60,658 nucleotides of DNA from a bacterium (GCA_035906575.1 JAMIEW010000040.1:1-60658); one strand, 5' to 3'; shown: positions 1 through 10,368, numbered from the stretch's first letter. A program made the numbers and translations. The notes: generated by a model from the sequence alone, not told the origin.

Positions 1-242
1 TGGCTCTGATTTCATGATTCCACTATCAGCGACCGGTACGTGAAAAAAAGTGCAGTAGATGCTGCTTCCGGAGGCTGGGCCAAGTTCCATAGCCATTGAG
101 ATACGATTATGCCACATACTCGATACCCGGAGCCTCGCATAGCCTTCGGAAGTGATCTGTCGATATTCGTAGCATAAATTCACTTATTTCTGCAATGAGT
201 TCACGGCTGTGTTCGAACCACCATTCTTGGCCTCATTAACAA

Positions 243-269
243 CAAAAACAGCCGCCTTACGGCGACTGT
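243..269 (-). terminator. intrinsic terminator downstream of tRNA-Ala
   Basis: 8-bp stem CAGTCGCC/GGCGGCTG on the minus strand. Its single U-G wobble is only valid on that strand. A T-run follows (plus-strand A5 at 244-248). Confidence 0.6.
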
Positions 270-275
270 TCTTAA

Positions 276-352
276 TGGTGGACCGTGTCGGATTCGAACC
301 GACGACCCCCTGCTTGCAAAGCAGGTGCTCTAGCCAACTGAGCTAACAGCCC
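276..352 (-). tRNA. tRNA-Ala (anticodon UGC)
   Basis: The reverse complement folds as a 77-nt cloverleaf: GGGCTGT acceptor with G3:U70, anticodon loop TT-TGC-AA, GTTCGAATC T-loop, encoded CCA. Confidence 0.95.
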
Positions 353-433
353 ATAACCTTACGGCTTTTGGACGTGGCACGTCGCTCGCGAGCGAACGTG
401 TCGTGGGCGCAATTTATCAAAGTTCCCAAAGGA

Positions 434-463
434 TTGCAAGATCCAGGGATAAAGCGCTATAAT
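434..463 (+). promoter_or_regulatory. sigma70-like promoter of doxX
   Basis: TTGCAA (434-439), 18-nt spacer, TATAAT (458-463). The ATG at 473 lies about 3 nt from the expected TSS, so the mRNA may be near-leaderless. Confidence 0.5.
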
Positions 464-472
464 AGTTATACT

Positions 473-958
473 ATGATGCATAAACTTCTTTGCAAGACAG
501 ACTGCCATGGCAAATGCGACCAATGGGGTCTTCTCATTTTGCGCGTTGTCGTTGGTGCGATTTTTGTCTCTCACGGTTACGCTAAGTTGTTCACCGATAT
601 GCCAGGTATCGAAAACTTTACGGGCATGTTGACCGGCATGGGAGTCCCAATGCCAGCATTCTTTGCTTGGGTGGTTGGTTTGACCGAGTTCTTGGGCGGT
701 ATCGCACTCGTTCTTGGCATCTTTGTGAAGCCAGCTTCATATCTTTTGGCTTTTGTCATGCTGGTCGCTTTGAGCCAGGTCAAAGGTTTTGCTATTTTTG
801 GCAAAGGTGAGCTCGACTTTGCCCTTCTAGGCGCCACCCTCGCTCTCGCGATGACCGGCCCTGGCAAATTCAGCCTCGCTAGAACGCTTTGCAACTGCTG
901 CAAAGGCGGTACCTGCTCAGCTGACTGCACTGACGGTAAGTGCGAAATGAAGAAATAA
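473..958 (+). CDS. DoxX-family membrane protein with Cys-rich C-terminal tail
   Basis: In-frame ATG inside ORF 368-958. The WGLLILRVVVGAIFVSHGYAKL ... LTEFLGGIALVLGIF pattern is typical of DoxX. The tail reads CNCCKGGTCSADCTDGKC. Confidence 0.75.
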   Translation: MMHKLLCKTDCHGKCDQWGLLILRVVVGAIFVSHGYAKLFTDMPGIENFTGMLTGMGVPMPAFFAWVVGLTEFLGGIALVLGIFVKPASYLLAFVMLVALSQVKGFAIFGKGELDFALLGATLALAMTGPGKFSLARTLCNCCKGGTCSADCTDGKCEMKK

Positions 959-978
959 TCCAAATCTCAAAATTAAAA

Positions 979-1023
979 ACACCCCGTCCCTCGACTTCGC
1001 TCGGGATGACGGGGTGTTTCTTG
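979..1023 (+). terminator. intrinsic terminator after doxX
   Basis: ACACCCCGTC ... GACGGGGTGT stem followed by TTTCTTGTT. Confidence 0.7.
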
Positions 1024-1075
1024 TTGGTAAATCAATAGCAATAACCTTGTAAAACCATTATACTAACGAGGATCT

Positions 1076-4000
1076 ATGAAACCCGCTCTTCGCTTTTTTC
1101 TTGCGTCCCTTCTCTTTGTTGCAGGCACTTTTGCTTTTACCTCAACAGTCGAGGCAGCGACTATCACAATTTGTGATAGTGGATGTGACTATATTTCGCT
1201 AAATGCTGCCGTTACTGCAGATGTTGCGGGGCCTGATACCTATGTACTACAGACGGGATATAACGCGATAGAACCAGGCTACATTTACTTGCAAGATGAC
1301 ACGACTCTCACATGCGATCCTGGCGTTATATTTGGCAATCTTGGCGCAGAGACCCATCTCGAACCTGGTGAAAATCTTCTTGTACAAGACTGCCAGTTTC
1401 AACGCACTCGATTTCAAAATGTTTCTTATACTCCTAGTAATGTCACATGGCTGAGAAACACCTTTTTAACAAATTCATTAAGCTATATTCGATTGGTAAC
1501 GCTTGATGGTTTTACGATTAGTGACAATGTAGGCTTACAGCATATTGATATCATGGGCAGCCAAAATGGTGTTATTAGCGGCAACGATATGGAGTGCCGT
1601 TCTAGCAATCGCTGCATCGACTTGCGACAAGAGCCTGACAATATTGATATTCATGAGAATACCATCACTCATTATGACTCGGGTCCCTACCCGTGGGTTG
1701 ATATTTTTAATGCCACGAATATCGATTTTACGAGCAATACGCTACGATCCGTCCCGACGCCTGATGGTTCGAGAATGCTGGCCATACAACGCGAATCAGA
1801 CAATATCACTGTCAGAGGCAACCTTTTTATCTTTCCAGAAGACCCTGATGGCGAATATAGTGGAGCATTGGCAATTCACGTACGAGCACGTGAAACAGAC
1901 ATGAACATCGCCATTGAACACAATAGTTTTATAGGCAATCCAGCTCCTATTGATCCTGTGGACATGTACACCTATGCGCAATGCCTTAACGTTGATGATG
2001 ATGGTACTGCAGTAGCACCGACACAAATCAATATCACCTATCGTTATAATCTTTGTTCTTTCACATTTTCAGATTTACGGCATGAAGGGATACGCGTATC
2101 TGAATTCCCCAATCCTAACTATCAATTCAATCTTATTGATGAATATAACGGATTTTTCGGTACAGAAAACCCTATTTATAGCGACGCGCAGACCTATACA
2201 ACTTCGACGTTAAGCCCCACGACGCTTTACTCAGATCCAGTCTTAAGAACAGAGAACGGTGATACACTCGACGACTACCTGCCTGCACCCATGAGTCGTT
2301 ATCTTGATGTGAACGGCACCATTGATATCGGTGCTTTAGATGGTGGCGCTCGCATCAATACCTACACGATCGATGATGATTGCGTTGTCGATTATACAGC
2401 CTGTCACTCTCAGAATATCGGCGTATTAGATCATGTAGCGATGGATGATGATAATGTGACGGTAGCCGCAGGCACCTACCCTGGACTTTCACTATCTGGC
2501 CCCGTTTCAAATCTCACGGTACAAGGCGCAGGCCCAACGACGATTTTTGATGGTAATCTCAATTTTCAAAGCGCATTGTCGCTCATGGATGTTTCAAATT
2601 CGTCTTTTTCTGGACTGAGCTTGGTGAATTCAACTGAAACGCCACCAGTACTCAGCGGTAGCATGGCAATAACATTGCCTATTTTAGCTTTTGGAGGCAA
2701 TGACTATGACGATCTAGGTGGGGTTATTTTTATCGAAGATCTTCTCTTTAACCTCACAAATATTACTGCGGACGGAGACCCGGTGAACGTAAGTGGCGTC
2801 ACAAACATTAACAGTTTTATATTCGACGATGGTGGCTCCTACTATACGATTCTTGCTCCGGAGAATGTCGCCGACTCGATACTCGAGATGCAGACACTTA
2901 TTGGAATTACTCCAACACACTTCATCGAAGACTTCTTTATTGCTAACGGTGATGGTACCTATACGTTCAGCTCAACAAACCTTGATAATCAAGGCATCAC
3001 GCTCGCGGCCGGCATGACCAACCCACCAACGCTTGTAGGCAGCATTAGCAATATCTACAGCTATAACGCAGCCGGTCTCAAGCTCGATAATGCTAATAAC
3101 AATACCTTTGAAAATCTCTTTATTGGGAATAACGATGTCGGTATCTTGTATGTAAACGGTGCAACGGGCAATGTGCTTGAAGATACAATTTTTGATACGA
3201 ATACTGTTCAAGATATCGTGAGTAATACTTCAGGTGGTACTAACGACCTCGTGAATGCGCTGTTCACTCGCACTATGTCCGTCATCGATGATGGTACGGT
3301 ACGTGTCTTCTATGACGCCTCGGTTCGTGTTGTTGATCCGTTATTAACGCCTCTTGAGGGTGTAGGTGTACAGTTCTTGTCCAGCAATGGCCTCACCAAT
3401 ATCAACGCGACAACAAATAATCTTGGGCTCACGCCAGAAGTTGAGACCTTAGCTTATCTCATGACGCCGAGCTCTATCGCACTCACGAGTGGTGACTATA
3501 ATCCCTTCACGATTACGGCATTCAATAATGGAATCTATCCAACTACGTCAACGCCTGCCACGCTCTCTGAAATCAGCGTCTTCGATGTCATGATGAGCCC
3601 GGCGCCTGTGGTAGTGCCCCCTGTCACGATTGGTGGTGGAGGCGGTGGGTTGCCGACGATTGATCCTCGTACCGGTACCTATCCACCGATCGAACCGGTT
3701 GAGCCAACGGCTCCAACGACACCGATCGTAAAAGAGACAAGGATCCACATGCTCGTGAAGCTTGCTGATGACCGCAATCCTGAAACACAAGAAGATAGCA
3801 CGGTGTACTATATTGGCGCTGACAATAAGCGACATATCATCCCAAATGAATCTGTCTTTAACTCGTGGTATTGCGACTTTAGTAAGGTGGTCATTACAGA
3901 CCGAGCTACGCTGTCTAAATACCCAATCGGATCTAACGTGACCTATCGCCCTGGTTTAAACCTCGTGAAGTTCCCAACGAATCCGCGTGTGTATGTTGTG

Positions 4001-4243
4001 CAGGCTGGCAGACTTCTTCGTCCCATTAAAGACGAGGCTTCTGCAACAGCATTATTCAGTATTCAATGGGCAAAGCTCGTTCATGACCTGCCTGACACCT
4101 CTTACGGTGACTATGTCTTCGGTGATGAGATCCCTGAAATGACCGATCTATCATCGCTCAATCTCTCACCGAGTTACCCGAGTGGTGAGATGAGTATCGA
4201 GGGATACTATGAGATTGTGACGGGTGGGCAAGAATGCCGGTAA
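1076..4243 (+). CDS. large secreted/surface protein with right-handed beta-helix-like repeats and a conserved C-terminal domain
   Basis: 1055-aa ORF with an N-terminal hydrophobic signal/anchor (FFLASLLFVAGTFAF). It has repetitive N/T/G/I-rich segments, a Pro-rich linker (PAPVVVPPVTIGGGGGGLPTIDPRTGTYPPIEPVEPTAPTTP), then a C-terminal block VYYIGADNKRHIIPNESVFNSWYCDFSKV. Confidence 0.8.
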   Translation: MKPALRFFLASLLFVAGTFAFTSTVEAATITICDSGCDYISLNAAVTADVAGPDTYVLQTGYNAIEPGYIYLQDDTTLTCDPGVIFGNLGAETHLEPGENLLVQDCQFQRTRFQNVSYTPSNVTWLRNTFLTNSLSYIRLVTLDGFTISDNVGLQHIDIMGSQNGVISGNDMECRSSNRCIDLRQEPDNIDIHENTITHYDSGPYPWVDIFNATNIDFTSNTLRSVPTPDGSRMLAIQRESDNITVRGNLFIFPEDPDGEYSGALAIHVRARETDMNIAIEHNSFIGNPAPIDPVDMYTYAQCLNVDDDGTAVAPTQINITYRYNLCSFTFSDLRHEGIRVSEFPNPNYQFNLIDEYNGFFGTENPIYSDAQTYTTSTLSPTTLYSDPVLRTENGDTLDDYLPAPMSRYLDVNGTIDIGALDGGARINTYTIDDDCVVDYTACHSQNIGVLDHVAMDDDNVTVAAGTYPGLSLSGPVSNLTVQGAGPTTIFDGNLNFQSALSLMDVSNSSFSGLSLVNSTETPPVLSGSMAITLPILAFGGNDYDDLGGVIFIEDLLFNLTNITADGDPVNVSGVTNINSFIFDDGGSYYTILAPENVADSILEMQTLIGITPTHFIEDFFIANGDGTYTFSSTNLDNQGITLAAGMTNPPTLVGSISNIYSYNAAGLKLDNANNNTFENLFIGNNDVGILYVNGATGNVLEDTIFDTNTVQDIVSNTSGGTNDLVNALFTRTMSVIDDGTVRVFYDASVRVVDPLLTPLEGVGVQFLSSNGLTNINATTNNLGLTPEVETLAYLMTPSSIALTSGDYNPFTITAFNNGIYPTTSTPATLSEISVFDVMMSPAPVVVPPVTIGGGGGGLPTIDPRTGTYPPIEPVEPTAPTTPIVKETRIHMLVKLADDRNPETQEDSTVYYIGADNKRHIIPNESVFNSWYCDFSKVVITDRATLSKYPIGSNVTYRPGLNLVKFPTNPRVYVVQAGRLLRPIKDEASATALFSIQWAKLVHDLPDTSYGDYVFGDEIPEMTDLSSLNLSPSYPSGEMSIEGYYEIVTGGQECR

Positions 4244-4257
4244 GAACATTAGAGACG

Positions 4258-4290
4258 AAATATCCCCCACAAGCGTGGGGGATATTTTTC
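4258..4290 (+). terminator. intrinsic terminator
   Basis: AAATATCCCCCA-caagcg-TGGGGGATATTT followed by TTT. It lies between convergent genes. Confidence 0.7.
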
Positions 4291-4307
4291 ATTATCATAC
4301 CCGGGGG

Positions 4308-5315
4308 TTAGATCGAGCGGATTTTTTGGATCCAGCGATAAAGGGTCTCATTCGCGGGCAGATCCCAGGTACCTTCATAGCGTACCAACTCCCCTCCCCA
4401 ACCTGACTTGAAGCGCGTAATACCTTTCCAACCTGGTTTGAAGAAAACATCTTGTTCATCGTCGGGATTGCATCCCCACAAGTCATACCAGTGTTTGCCT
4501 TCGGCCTTTGCCGACAGTATCGCGTTTAGATGGAGGGCAAACGGTGCCATCGCCTCACGTTGCTCAGAAGAAGAGGCGCCGAAAAGATAGGTCGTCGTAT
4601 CAGCACTGACGGCTTCAATTGAAGCGGCGAGTAAGACGCCTTCTTTCTCTGCTAAGCGCAAACGAATAAGGCCTTCTGGAGAGAGCGCTTTGAATAAGCG
4701 CTCGACATAACTCGCAGAGAGAGGTTTAAAGCCATCGCGTTTGGCGGTTTCTTCTTCAAGGGCGATATAGCGAGCGATGTCTTGGTCGGTGCCAAGACGC
4801 ACTATTACACCGTGGCGCTCAGCGAGGCGGGCATTGTAGCGGGTTTTGCTATGCATTTCGGCTAAGAGCGTCTCTTCGGTTTTGTTCAAATCGATAAGCC
4901 TCGTGACAGCCGGCTCATATGAACGGCGGCGCTTGAGTCCGCGTTCAATCAGCCATTTTGAGCTCAGGGCGATCGACGGCATCGGCATGGGTTCTATGCG
5001 CAAAAACGTTGCCGAAGAAAAGGTCTTTTTAAGCGCTATTATCGCTCTACTCCAATCATCGAGTGTTGCGTGTTCGTTAATCTGAAATGGACCATACGGC
5101 ATGAGCCAATAATTCAAAAAAAAGATCTTCGCTTGCTGAATCGCTTGCACAGCAAAAAGGGCTTTGCCTTTATCATTGACAAACGCGAGACGCTTCACGT
5201 TTTTGCCTTGTGCTTGCTGCGCTTCGCCCCAACTCCATGACCACAAAAAAGACTGGTGCTTTTTTGGCAAAAGCGAATCCCATTCTTCATCATTCACAAT
5301 CTCGGTCCAATTCAT
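4308..5315 (-). CDS. FemAB-family peptidoglycan interpeptide-bridge aminoacyltransferase
   Basis: 335 aa. The blocks LMPYGP, RYNARLAERHGV and TTTYLFGASSSEQREAMAPFALHLNAILSAKAEGKHWYDLWG are typical of FemA/FemB/FemX proteins. Confidence 0.7.
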   Translation of the reverse strand: MNWTEIVNDEEWDSLLPKKHQSFLWSWSWGEAQQAQGKNVKRLAFVNDKGKALFAVQAIQQAKIFFLNYWLMPYGPFQINEHATLDDWSRAIIALKKTFSSATFLRIEPMPMPSIALSSKWLIERGLKRRRSYEPAVTRLIDLNKTEETLLAEMHSKTRYNARLAERHGVIVRLGTDQDIARYIALEEETAKRDGFKPLSASYVERLFKALSPEGLIRLRLAEKEGVLLAASIEAVSADTTTYLFGASSSEQREAMAPFALHLNAILSAKAEGKHWYDLWGCNPDDEQDVFFKPGWKGITRFKSGWGGELVRYEGTWDLPANETLYRWIQKIRSI

Positions 5316-5317
5316 AG

Positions 5318-5875
5318 TTATTTGGAGAGCGTCTTTAAGGCAAAGCGTACCTTATCTGAAGGATCCGTAATATCTTCAGGAATGTATTTGCAGGCTTCTT
5401 TGGCTTGCGCGGCAGAGTATCCCAAACCAACCAAAGCTTGAACCACTTCTTGATCGGCAGAAATCTCTTCTTCTTTTGAAACAAGTTGCCCCTTGAGTTC
5501 GAGGATGATTTTTTGCGCCGTCTTTGTCCCCACGCCTGGCACCGACGTTAAGAAGGACAAATTGCCCGCCATGATCGCCGCACGGATTTGGTCAGCTGAG
5601 CCAATTGAGAGAATGGTCATTGCCGCCTTTGGACCAACACCCGAGATACTCAACAGTTTTTCAAACAATTCGAGATCGGCCAAACTCAAGAAACCGAATA
5701 GGTCTCGCGCATCTTCGCGTACATGGTCGTGAATGAAAACAAAGGCCTCCTTTTGCCCTGCGACGCCCGATAGCACCGAAGGACTAACACGCACGCGAAA
5801 GCCTACGCCATTCACTTCAAGCAACATCCAGTCAGCGCCACGCTCGAGTACTGAGCCTCTCAAAGATCCGATCAT
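5318..5875 (-). CDS. ruvA: Holliday junction branch-migration protein RuvA
   Basis: MIGSLRGSV...LLEVNGVGFRVRV N-terminus, tandem HhH motifs (ISGVGPKAA, VPGVGTKTAQKI) and a C-terminal domain III. Confidence 0.9.
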   Translation of the reverse strand: MIGSLRGSVLERGADWMLLEVNGVGFRVRVSPSVLSGVAGQKEAFVFIHDHVREDARDLFGFLSLADLELFEKLLSISGVGPKAAMTILSIGSADQIRAAIMAGNLSFLTSVPGVGTKTAQKIILELKGQLVSKEEEISADQEVVQALVGLGYSAAQAKEACKYIPEDITDPSDKVRFALKTLSK

Positions 5876-6036
5876 ATGGGCTTATACTATAGGCTAATGA
5901 GGCCGTAGGCTAGTAGGACGGTTGGACAGGGGCGAAAGACCCTACTAAACGGATTGACAAGCCTACTAGCCTACGACCTACCAGGCTGGCACACTTACTC
6001 AGGTTCCTTCACACCCGAAGGAGAAAGGCTTTCACC

Positions 6037-6510
6037 ATGTACCCACCAGGCGATCTCGTTGTGGTCCTCGGCCAATATTCGAGCCAAATTTCTGAAGTAT
6101 TAACGCAATTGGCGGTCTCGGTTCATGACCCGCTTCGAAACTACTGGGTTATGGCATCCGCCAAGATGCCCAAGGAAGAACATCGGTTTATCATTGACCC
6201 CATGATCGACGGCAAGATGAGCCTCAAGGGCTATGCCAAGACCATCGAGGGTCTGATCGACAATCACCTCAATGTCGAGGCTAGTAAAAAACGTGTTCGT
6301 CTCATCATTCATGATGCTGAGGCATTTCATAGCCAAGATGATGCCTATGATGTTTTGCTCGCCTTGCGCAAGAAGGGGTATGACATCTATATCGGCGGCA
6401 AAGAGCGCTATCTTCTCATTGAGAAGCTGGCATTAGATGCACAGGCAATAAACCCAGAACATGTGGTACTCGTTCGTACACCAATCCACTGTAAGGAGTG
6501 TTGTCCATGA
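6037..6510 (+). CDS. thymidine-kinase-like paralogue with degenerate P-loop (hypothetical)
   Basis: 157 aa, collinear with the downstream Tdk: LVVVLGQYSSQIS vs LTVIAGPMGAGKS, IIHDAEAF vs AIDEAQF, IYIGGKE vs IACGLD, CKEC vs CAYC. Its stop overlaps the tdk start (ATGA). Confidence 0.55.
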   Translation: MYPPGDLVVVLGQYSSQISEVLTQLAVSVHDPLRNYWVMASAKMPKEEHRFIIDPMIDGKMSLKGYAKTIEGLIDNHLNVEASKKRVRLIIHDAEAFHSQDDAYDVLLALRKKGYDIYIGGKERYLLIEKLALDAQAINPEHVVLVRTPIHCKECCP

Positions 6511-7151
6511 ATTCGATTCGTAAGGCTCCCCTCACGGTCATCGCAGGCCCCATGGGGGCCGGCAAATCACTTAAGCTTATTTGGATGCTCAGCCAGCAGC
6601 AGGTACGCGGACGAACATATGCCATCGTCAAACCCAAGGATGACAGTCGAGATGGCGCCTTCATCAAATCGCGGATGTTCAAAGATCCGATCGAGGCCAT
6701 TTTTGTCGAAGAACGCGGAGACATGGGTCGTGCCGTCAAAGGCTGCCAAGTTTTGGCGATCGATGAAGCGCAGTTTCTTGATCGAATCTTTTTAGACGAA
6801 ATCGTGGAACTCTTAGACGCAGGGATTGCCGTTATCGCCTGCGGGCTTGATACGGATTTCATGGGGAAGTCATTTGGCATCATGCCTTATCTACTTGCCA
6901 TGGCTGACGAGCCGATCAGACTCAAAGCCGTCTGTGCCTATTGCCGGCAAGACAATGCCACACGTACTCAACTCATCATTGAGTCACGTGGCAACCACGA
7001 ACCGCAACGCGCTTATGAAGAACGCATCAAGCCTGTTCGTGACTTTATCGAGGGCAGAACACGCGCCTTGGTCGGCAATCTCGGCATGTACGAAGCCCGG
7101 TGCCATCAACACCACTCCTTGCCCGACCTCCCCTTGCGGCCGTCGGACTGA
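6507..7151 (+). CDS. tdk: thymidine kinase
   Basis: P-loop GPMGAGKS, IDEAQF, GLDTDF, zinc-ribbon cysteines CAYC. AAGGAG SD lies 7 nt upstream of ATG 6507. An alternative in-frame start is at 6498. Confidence 0.9.
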   Translation: MNSIRKAPLTVIAGPMGAGKSLKLIWMLSQQQVRGRTYAIVKPKDDSRDGAFIKSRMFKDPIEAIFVEERGDMGRAVKGCQVLAIDEAQFLDRIFLDEIVELLDAGIAVIACGLDTDFMGKSFGIMPYLLAMADEPIRLKAVCAYCRQDNATRTQLIIESRGNHEPQRAYEERIKPVRDFIEGRTRALVGNLGMYEARCHQHHSLPDLPLRPSD

Positions 7152-7158
7152 ACAGAAT

Positions 7159-7207
7159 AGCGCTAGCAGCATCGCCCATCGGCATTGCTACTAGCGCTCT
7201 TTGATTT
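7159..7207 (+). terminator. putative terminator after tdk
   Basis: AGCGCTAGCAGC ... GCTACTAGCGCT stem (one mismatch) followed by CTTTGATTT. Confidence 0.45.
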
Positions 7208-7217
7208 CAGGCGTGAC

Positions 7218-7502
7218 TCAGGTTGAGTCGCGTTCAGGTTTGCGGCCAAAAACTTGGATATCGGGCAGCTTGTCTCGCTTACCCGAACCATTGTCGATGA
7301 TCACGAGAGGCAGATGACGTTTTTTTATCTCATCTTCGAATTCCGTCTCGTCCAAACGGAAATATTCACTTTTTTCTTCTGGCACAAATAACTCCAGGTT
7401 GAAATTGGTGGTTGAATGGTAACACAAAAGCAGCACATGACGTGCTGCTTTTGTTGAAAAACTATTCTTCACTTTCTCCACCTGGTTCACCGTGCTCAAC
7501 AA
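7218..7502 (-). CDS. hypothetical protein (start uncertain)
   Basis: 94-aa ORF. Its 5' 41 nt overlap the gyrA 3' end. No recognisable motif. Confidence 0.3.
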   Translation of the reverse strand: MLSTVNQVEKVKNSFSTKAARHVLLLCYHSTTNFNLELFVPEEKSEYFRLDETEFEDEIKKRHLPLVIIDNGSGKRDKLPDIQVFGRKPERDST

Positions 7503-9969
7503 AGGTTACTGAGCTCACGAGATCACCGTCTTCTTTGAAGCGCATGAGACGAACACCTTGTGTATCACGACTCAATTCTGGGACAGATTTGAATGGCGTG
7601 CGTACCACGATGCCTTTTTTGGAGATCATCACAAGATCACGTTCGTCATCTTTGCTTGAGATATAAGCATTGACGACACCGCCCGTCTTATCACCTACCT
7701 TGGCGGTGCGGATACCTGAGCCACCGCGGCCTTGGGCGCGATATTCGCTCACGTCGGTGCGCTTACCCATGCCATTTTGTGTGATGACAAAGAGTGCGAG
7801 CGCGCCCTTGTCGGCAAGTTTTGGATTGATGACGTCCATGGCTACGACATAGTCTTTGCCTTTGAGCGTGATGCCGCGAACACCTGCCGCCGTGCGGCCC
7901 ATCGAGCGCACGTCTTCTTCGCTAAAGCGGATGCTTTGACCTTCGCGTGTCACGAGTGAGATATCATCTTTGCCACTCGAAGGTTTTACCCAGACGAGTT
8001 CGTCAGATTCGTTTAACGTGATCGCGATCAAACCCGAGCGACGGACGTTTGCGAATTCTTCGATCCCAGATTTTTTGATCGTACCCTTATTCGTCACCAT
8101 GACGAGATGCTTCATGCCATCGATCTCGTCCATTGGCAAGGTCACTGAGACTTTTTCACCCGGAGCGAGTTGCAAGAAGTTCACAATCGCCTGGCCTTTA
8201 GACGTACGCGTTGCCTGTGGCAATTCGTAGGCTTTGAGTCTGAAGACGCGGCCACGACTGGTGAAGAACATAATCTCGGTATGCGTGTTCGTGGTGAACA
8301 TGGTGCGTACCGCGTCTTCTTCTTTGGTCGCTACGCCGACGATGCCTTTGCCACCGCGATGCTGCGATTTAAAGGTGTCTGGCGGTAAGCGCTTGATATA
8401 ACCATCATCCGTAAGCATGACGAGACACTCTTCTTGAGGGACAAGGTCCTCCATAGAGAATTCACCGACCGGGCCTGGGATAATGAGAGTGCGGCGGGCA
8501 TCACCGAATTTCTCGCGCAATTCTTCAACTTCTTTTTTAACAATCGCCAACATCTTTTTGACCGAGGCGAGAATCGATTCGAGTTCGTCGATAATTTTCT
8601 TTTTCTCTTCCCATTCTTGTTCGACTTTGAGGCGTTCAAGGTTGGCGAGCTGTTGCAAGCGCATGTCGAGAATCGCTTGCGACTGGATTTCTGAAAGTTT
8701 GAACTTCGACATCAAGTTGCCTTTTGCCTCATCTTTGTCTTTGGACTTTTTGATCACGGCGATGATTTCATCGATGTGCAAAAGCGCGATACGCAAACCT
8801 TCTAAAATATGAATGCGTTCTTTTGCGCGATCGAGGTCATATTGGGTACGGCGACGAACCACTTCTTTGCGATGCGAGATGTATTCTTCAAGCAAATGCT
8901 TGATGGTCAAAATACGCGGCTGAATGCCGTCCACCAAACAAAGCGAATTAACGTGAAAGGCTTCTTGCAATTGCGTGAACTTGAAAAGCTGGTTGAGAAC
9001 TTTTTTTGGATACGAGTCTTTCTTCAACTCGATCACCATGCGAATACCTTCTTTATTGGACTCATCACGTAAATCACGAATGCCTTCGATGCGTTTTTCG
9101 GTCACGAGCTCAGCCATCTTTTCAAGCAAGGTGGCTTTGTTTACCTGGTAGGGCAATTCACTGACGATAATTTGAAAAGATCCGGCTTTTTCTTCAACGA
9201 TTTCGGTTTTAGCACGCATCACGATACCGCCGCGACCTGTCGCGTATGCCTGCATGATGGCATTCTTGTCATAAATAATACCGCCCGTTGGAAAATCCGG
9301 GCCAGGGATGATTTTAACGAGGTCTTCGATTGAGATGTCCCCGTCCTCAATCAATGCCACGATGCCGTTACAGACTTCGGTGAGATTATGTGGCGGGATA
9401 TTGGTCGCCATACCAACGGCGATACCGAGGGTACCGTTCAAAATCAAGTTTGGGAGCTTGCCTGGCAAGACGCGAGGCTCATCATGTGAACCGTCATAGT
9501 TTGGTCTAAAGTCCACCGTCTCTTTGTCGATATCAAAAAGCATTTCTTCGGCGATCGGCGAGAGCTTGGCTTCGGTATAACGATAGGCAGCGGCCGAATC
9601 ACCATCAACCGAACCAAAGTTACCTTGACCACGCACCAACGGATAACGCAACGAAAATTCTTGCACCATGCGTACCATGGCTTCATACACCGAAAAGTCA
9701 CCATGCGGATGGTATTTACCAAGCACGTCACCAACAACCGTTGCCGATTTGCGAAACTTCGCATTGGCACGTAAACCTGAATTCCACATCGAGTAGAGAA
9801 TGCGGCGATGAACCGGCTTTAAGCCGTCACGTACGTCTGGCAAGGCGCGGTCGACGATAACCGACATGGCATAGTCCAAAAAGGCCGTCTGAACTTCGTC
9901 GATCAGTGGGACGGATTTGATACCGTGCGGCAGCTCTGCTGGCTGCGGAGGGATGATTGCTTCTTCCAT
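7462..9969 (-). CDS. gyrA: DNA gyrase subunit A
   Basis: 835 aa. [28 protein letters not shown], active-site region AAYRYTEA, and C-terminal beta-pinwheel repeats. Confidence 0.97.
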   Translation of the reverse strand: MEEAIIPPQPAELPHGIKSVPLIDEVQTAFLDYAMSVIVDRALPDVRDGLKPVHRRILYSMWNSGLRANAKFRKSATVVGDVLGKYHPHGDFSVYEAMVRMVQEFSLRYPLVRGQGNFGSVDGDSAAAYRYTEAKLSPIAEEMLFDIDKETVDFRPNYDGSHDEPRVLPGKLPNLILNGTLGIAVGMATNIPPHNLTEVCNGIVALIEDGDISIEDLVKIIPGPDFPTGGIIYDKNAIMQAYATGRGGIVMRAKTEIVEEKAGSFQIIVSELPYQVNKATLLEKMAELVTEKRIEGIRDLRDESNKEGIRMVIELKKDSYPKKVLNQLFKFTQLQEAFHVNSLCLVDGIQPRILTIKHLLEEYISHRKEVVRRRTQYDLDRAKERIHILEGLRIALLHIDEIIAVIKKSKDKDEAKGNLMSKFKLSEIQSQAILDMRLQQLANLERLKVEQEWEEKKKIIDELESILASVKKMLAIVKKEVEELREKFGDARRTLIIPGPVGEFSMEDLVPQEECLVMLTDDGYIKRLPPDTFKSQHRGGKGIVGVATKEEDAVRTMFTTNTHTEIMFFTSRGRVFRLKAYELPQATRTSKGQAIVNFLQLAPGEKVSVTLPMDEIDGMKHLVMVTNKGTIKKSGIEEFANVRRSGLIAITLNESDELVWVKPSSGKDDISLVTREGQSIRFSEEDVRSMGRTAAGVRGITLKGKDYVVAMDVINPKLADKGALALFVITQNGMGKRTDVSEYRAQGRGGSGIRTAKVGDKTGGVVNAYISSKDDERDLVMISKKGIVVRTPFKSVPELSRDTQGVRLMRFKEDGDLVSSVTFVEHGEPGGESEE

Positions 9970-9973
9970 AGGA

Positions 9974-10360
9974 TTATTGCTCGGTTGAGGTTGCTTGCTC
10001 TAAATTCTTACGTTCAATGACCTGATCTCTAAATAATGTCACATCTGCGCGCACTGATTCTGCTGTTTCTTTAATCGTCTCGACCGCCGCATCAGGCACG
10101 GGCGGCTTGGTCAACCATATACCGCGACCAAAAGACATCATCCAACCAGTCCCGATCATCAAGGTTGAGGCGGCAATCGCGATCACATAGCCGATCGAGA
10201 AACCGCGATCTTGTCCGACGCGTGCTTCGGCGTGGGCCTTAATCAATTCGCGTTTTTCTTCTGGTGAAAGGATTCTTGGCTCAAGCGCCTCAAACACATT
10301 GCCTCGCGCTTTTGGCGCTTTGGCTCGACGAGTTGGGGCGGGTTTCAAGGTGCGTGGCAT
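9974..10360 (-). CDS. hypothetical single-pass membrane protein
   Basis: 128 aa. Basic N-terminus, one hydrophobic span ([20 protein letters not shown]). Directly upstream of gyrA. Confidence 0.55.
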   Translation of the reverse strand: MPRTLKPAPTRRAKAPKARGNVFEALEPRILSPEEKRELIKAHAEARVGQDRGFSIGYVIAIAASTLMIGTGWMMSFGRGIWLTKPPVPDAAVETIKETAESVRADVTLFRDQVIERKNLEQATSTEQ

Positions 10361-10368
10361 AGTGAGTA

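Noticed and set aside
4224-4590. Short ORFs 4224-4406, 4295-4486 and 4408-4590 around the beta-helix gene terminator and the femAB 3' end.
   Set aside because: They overlap a clear terminator hairpin and the FemAB-family coding region, and have no SD or motifs.
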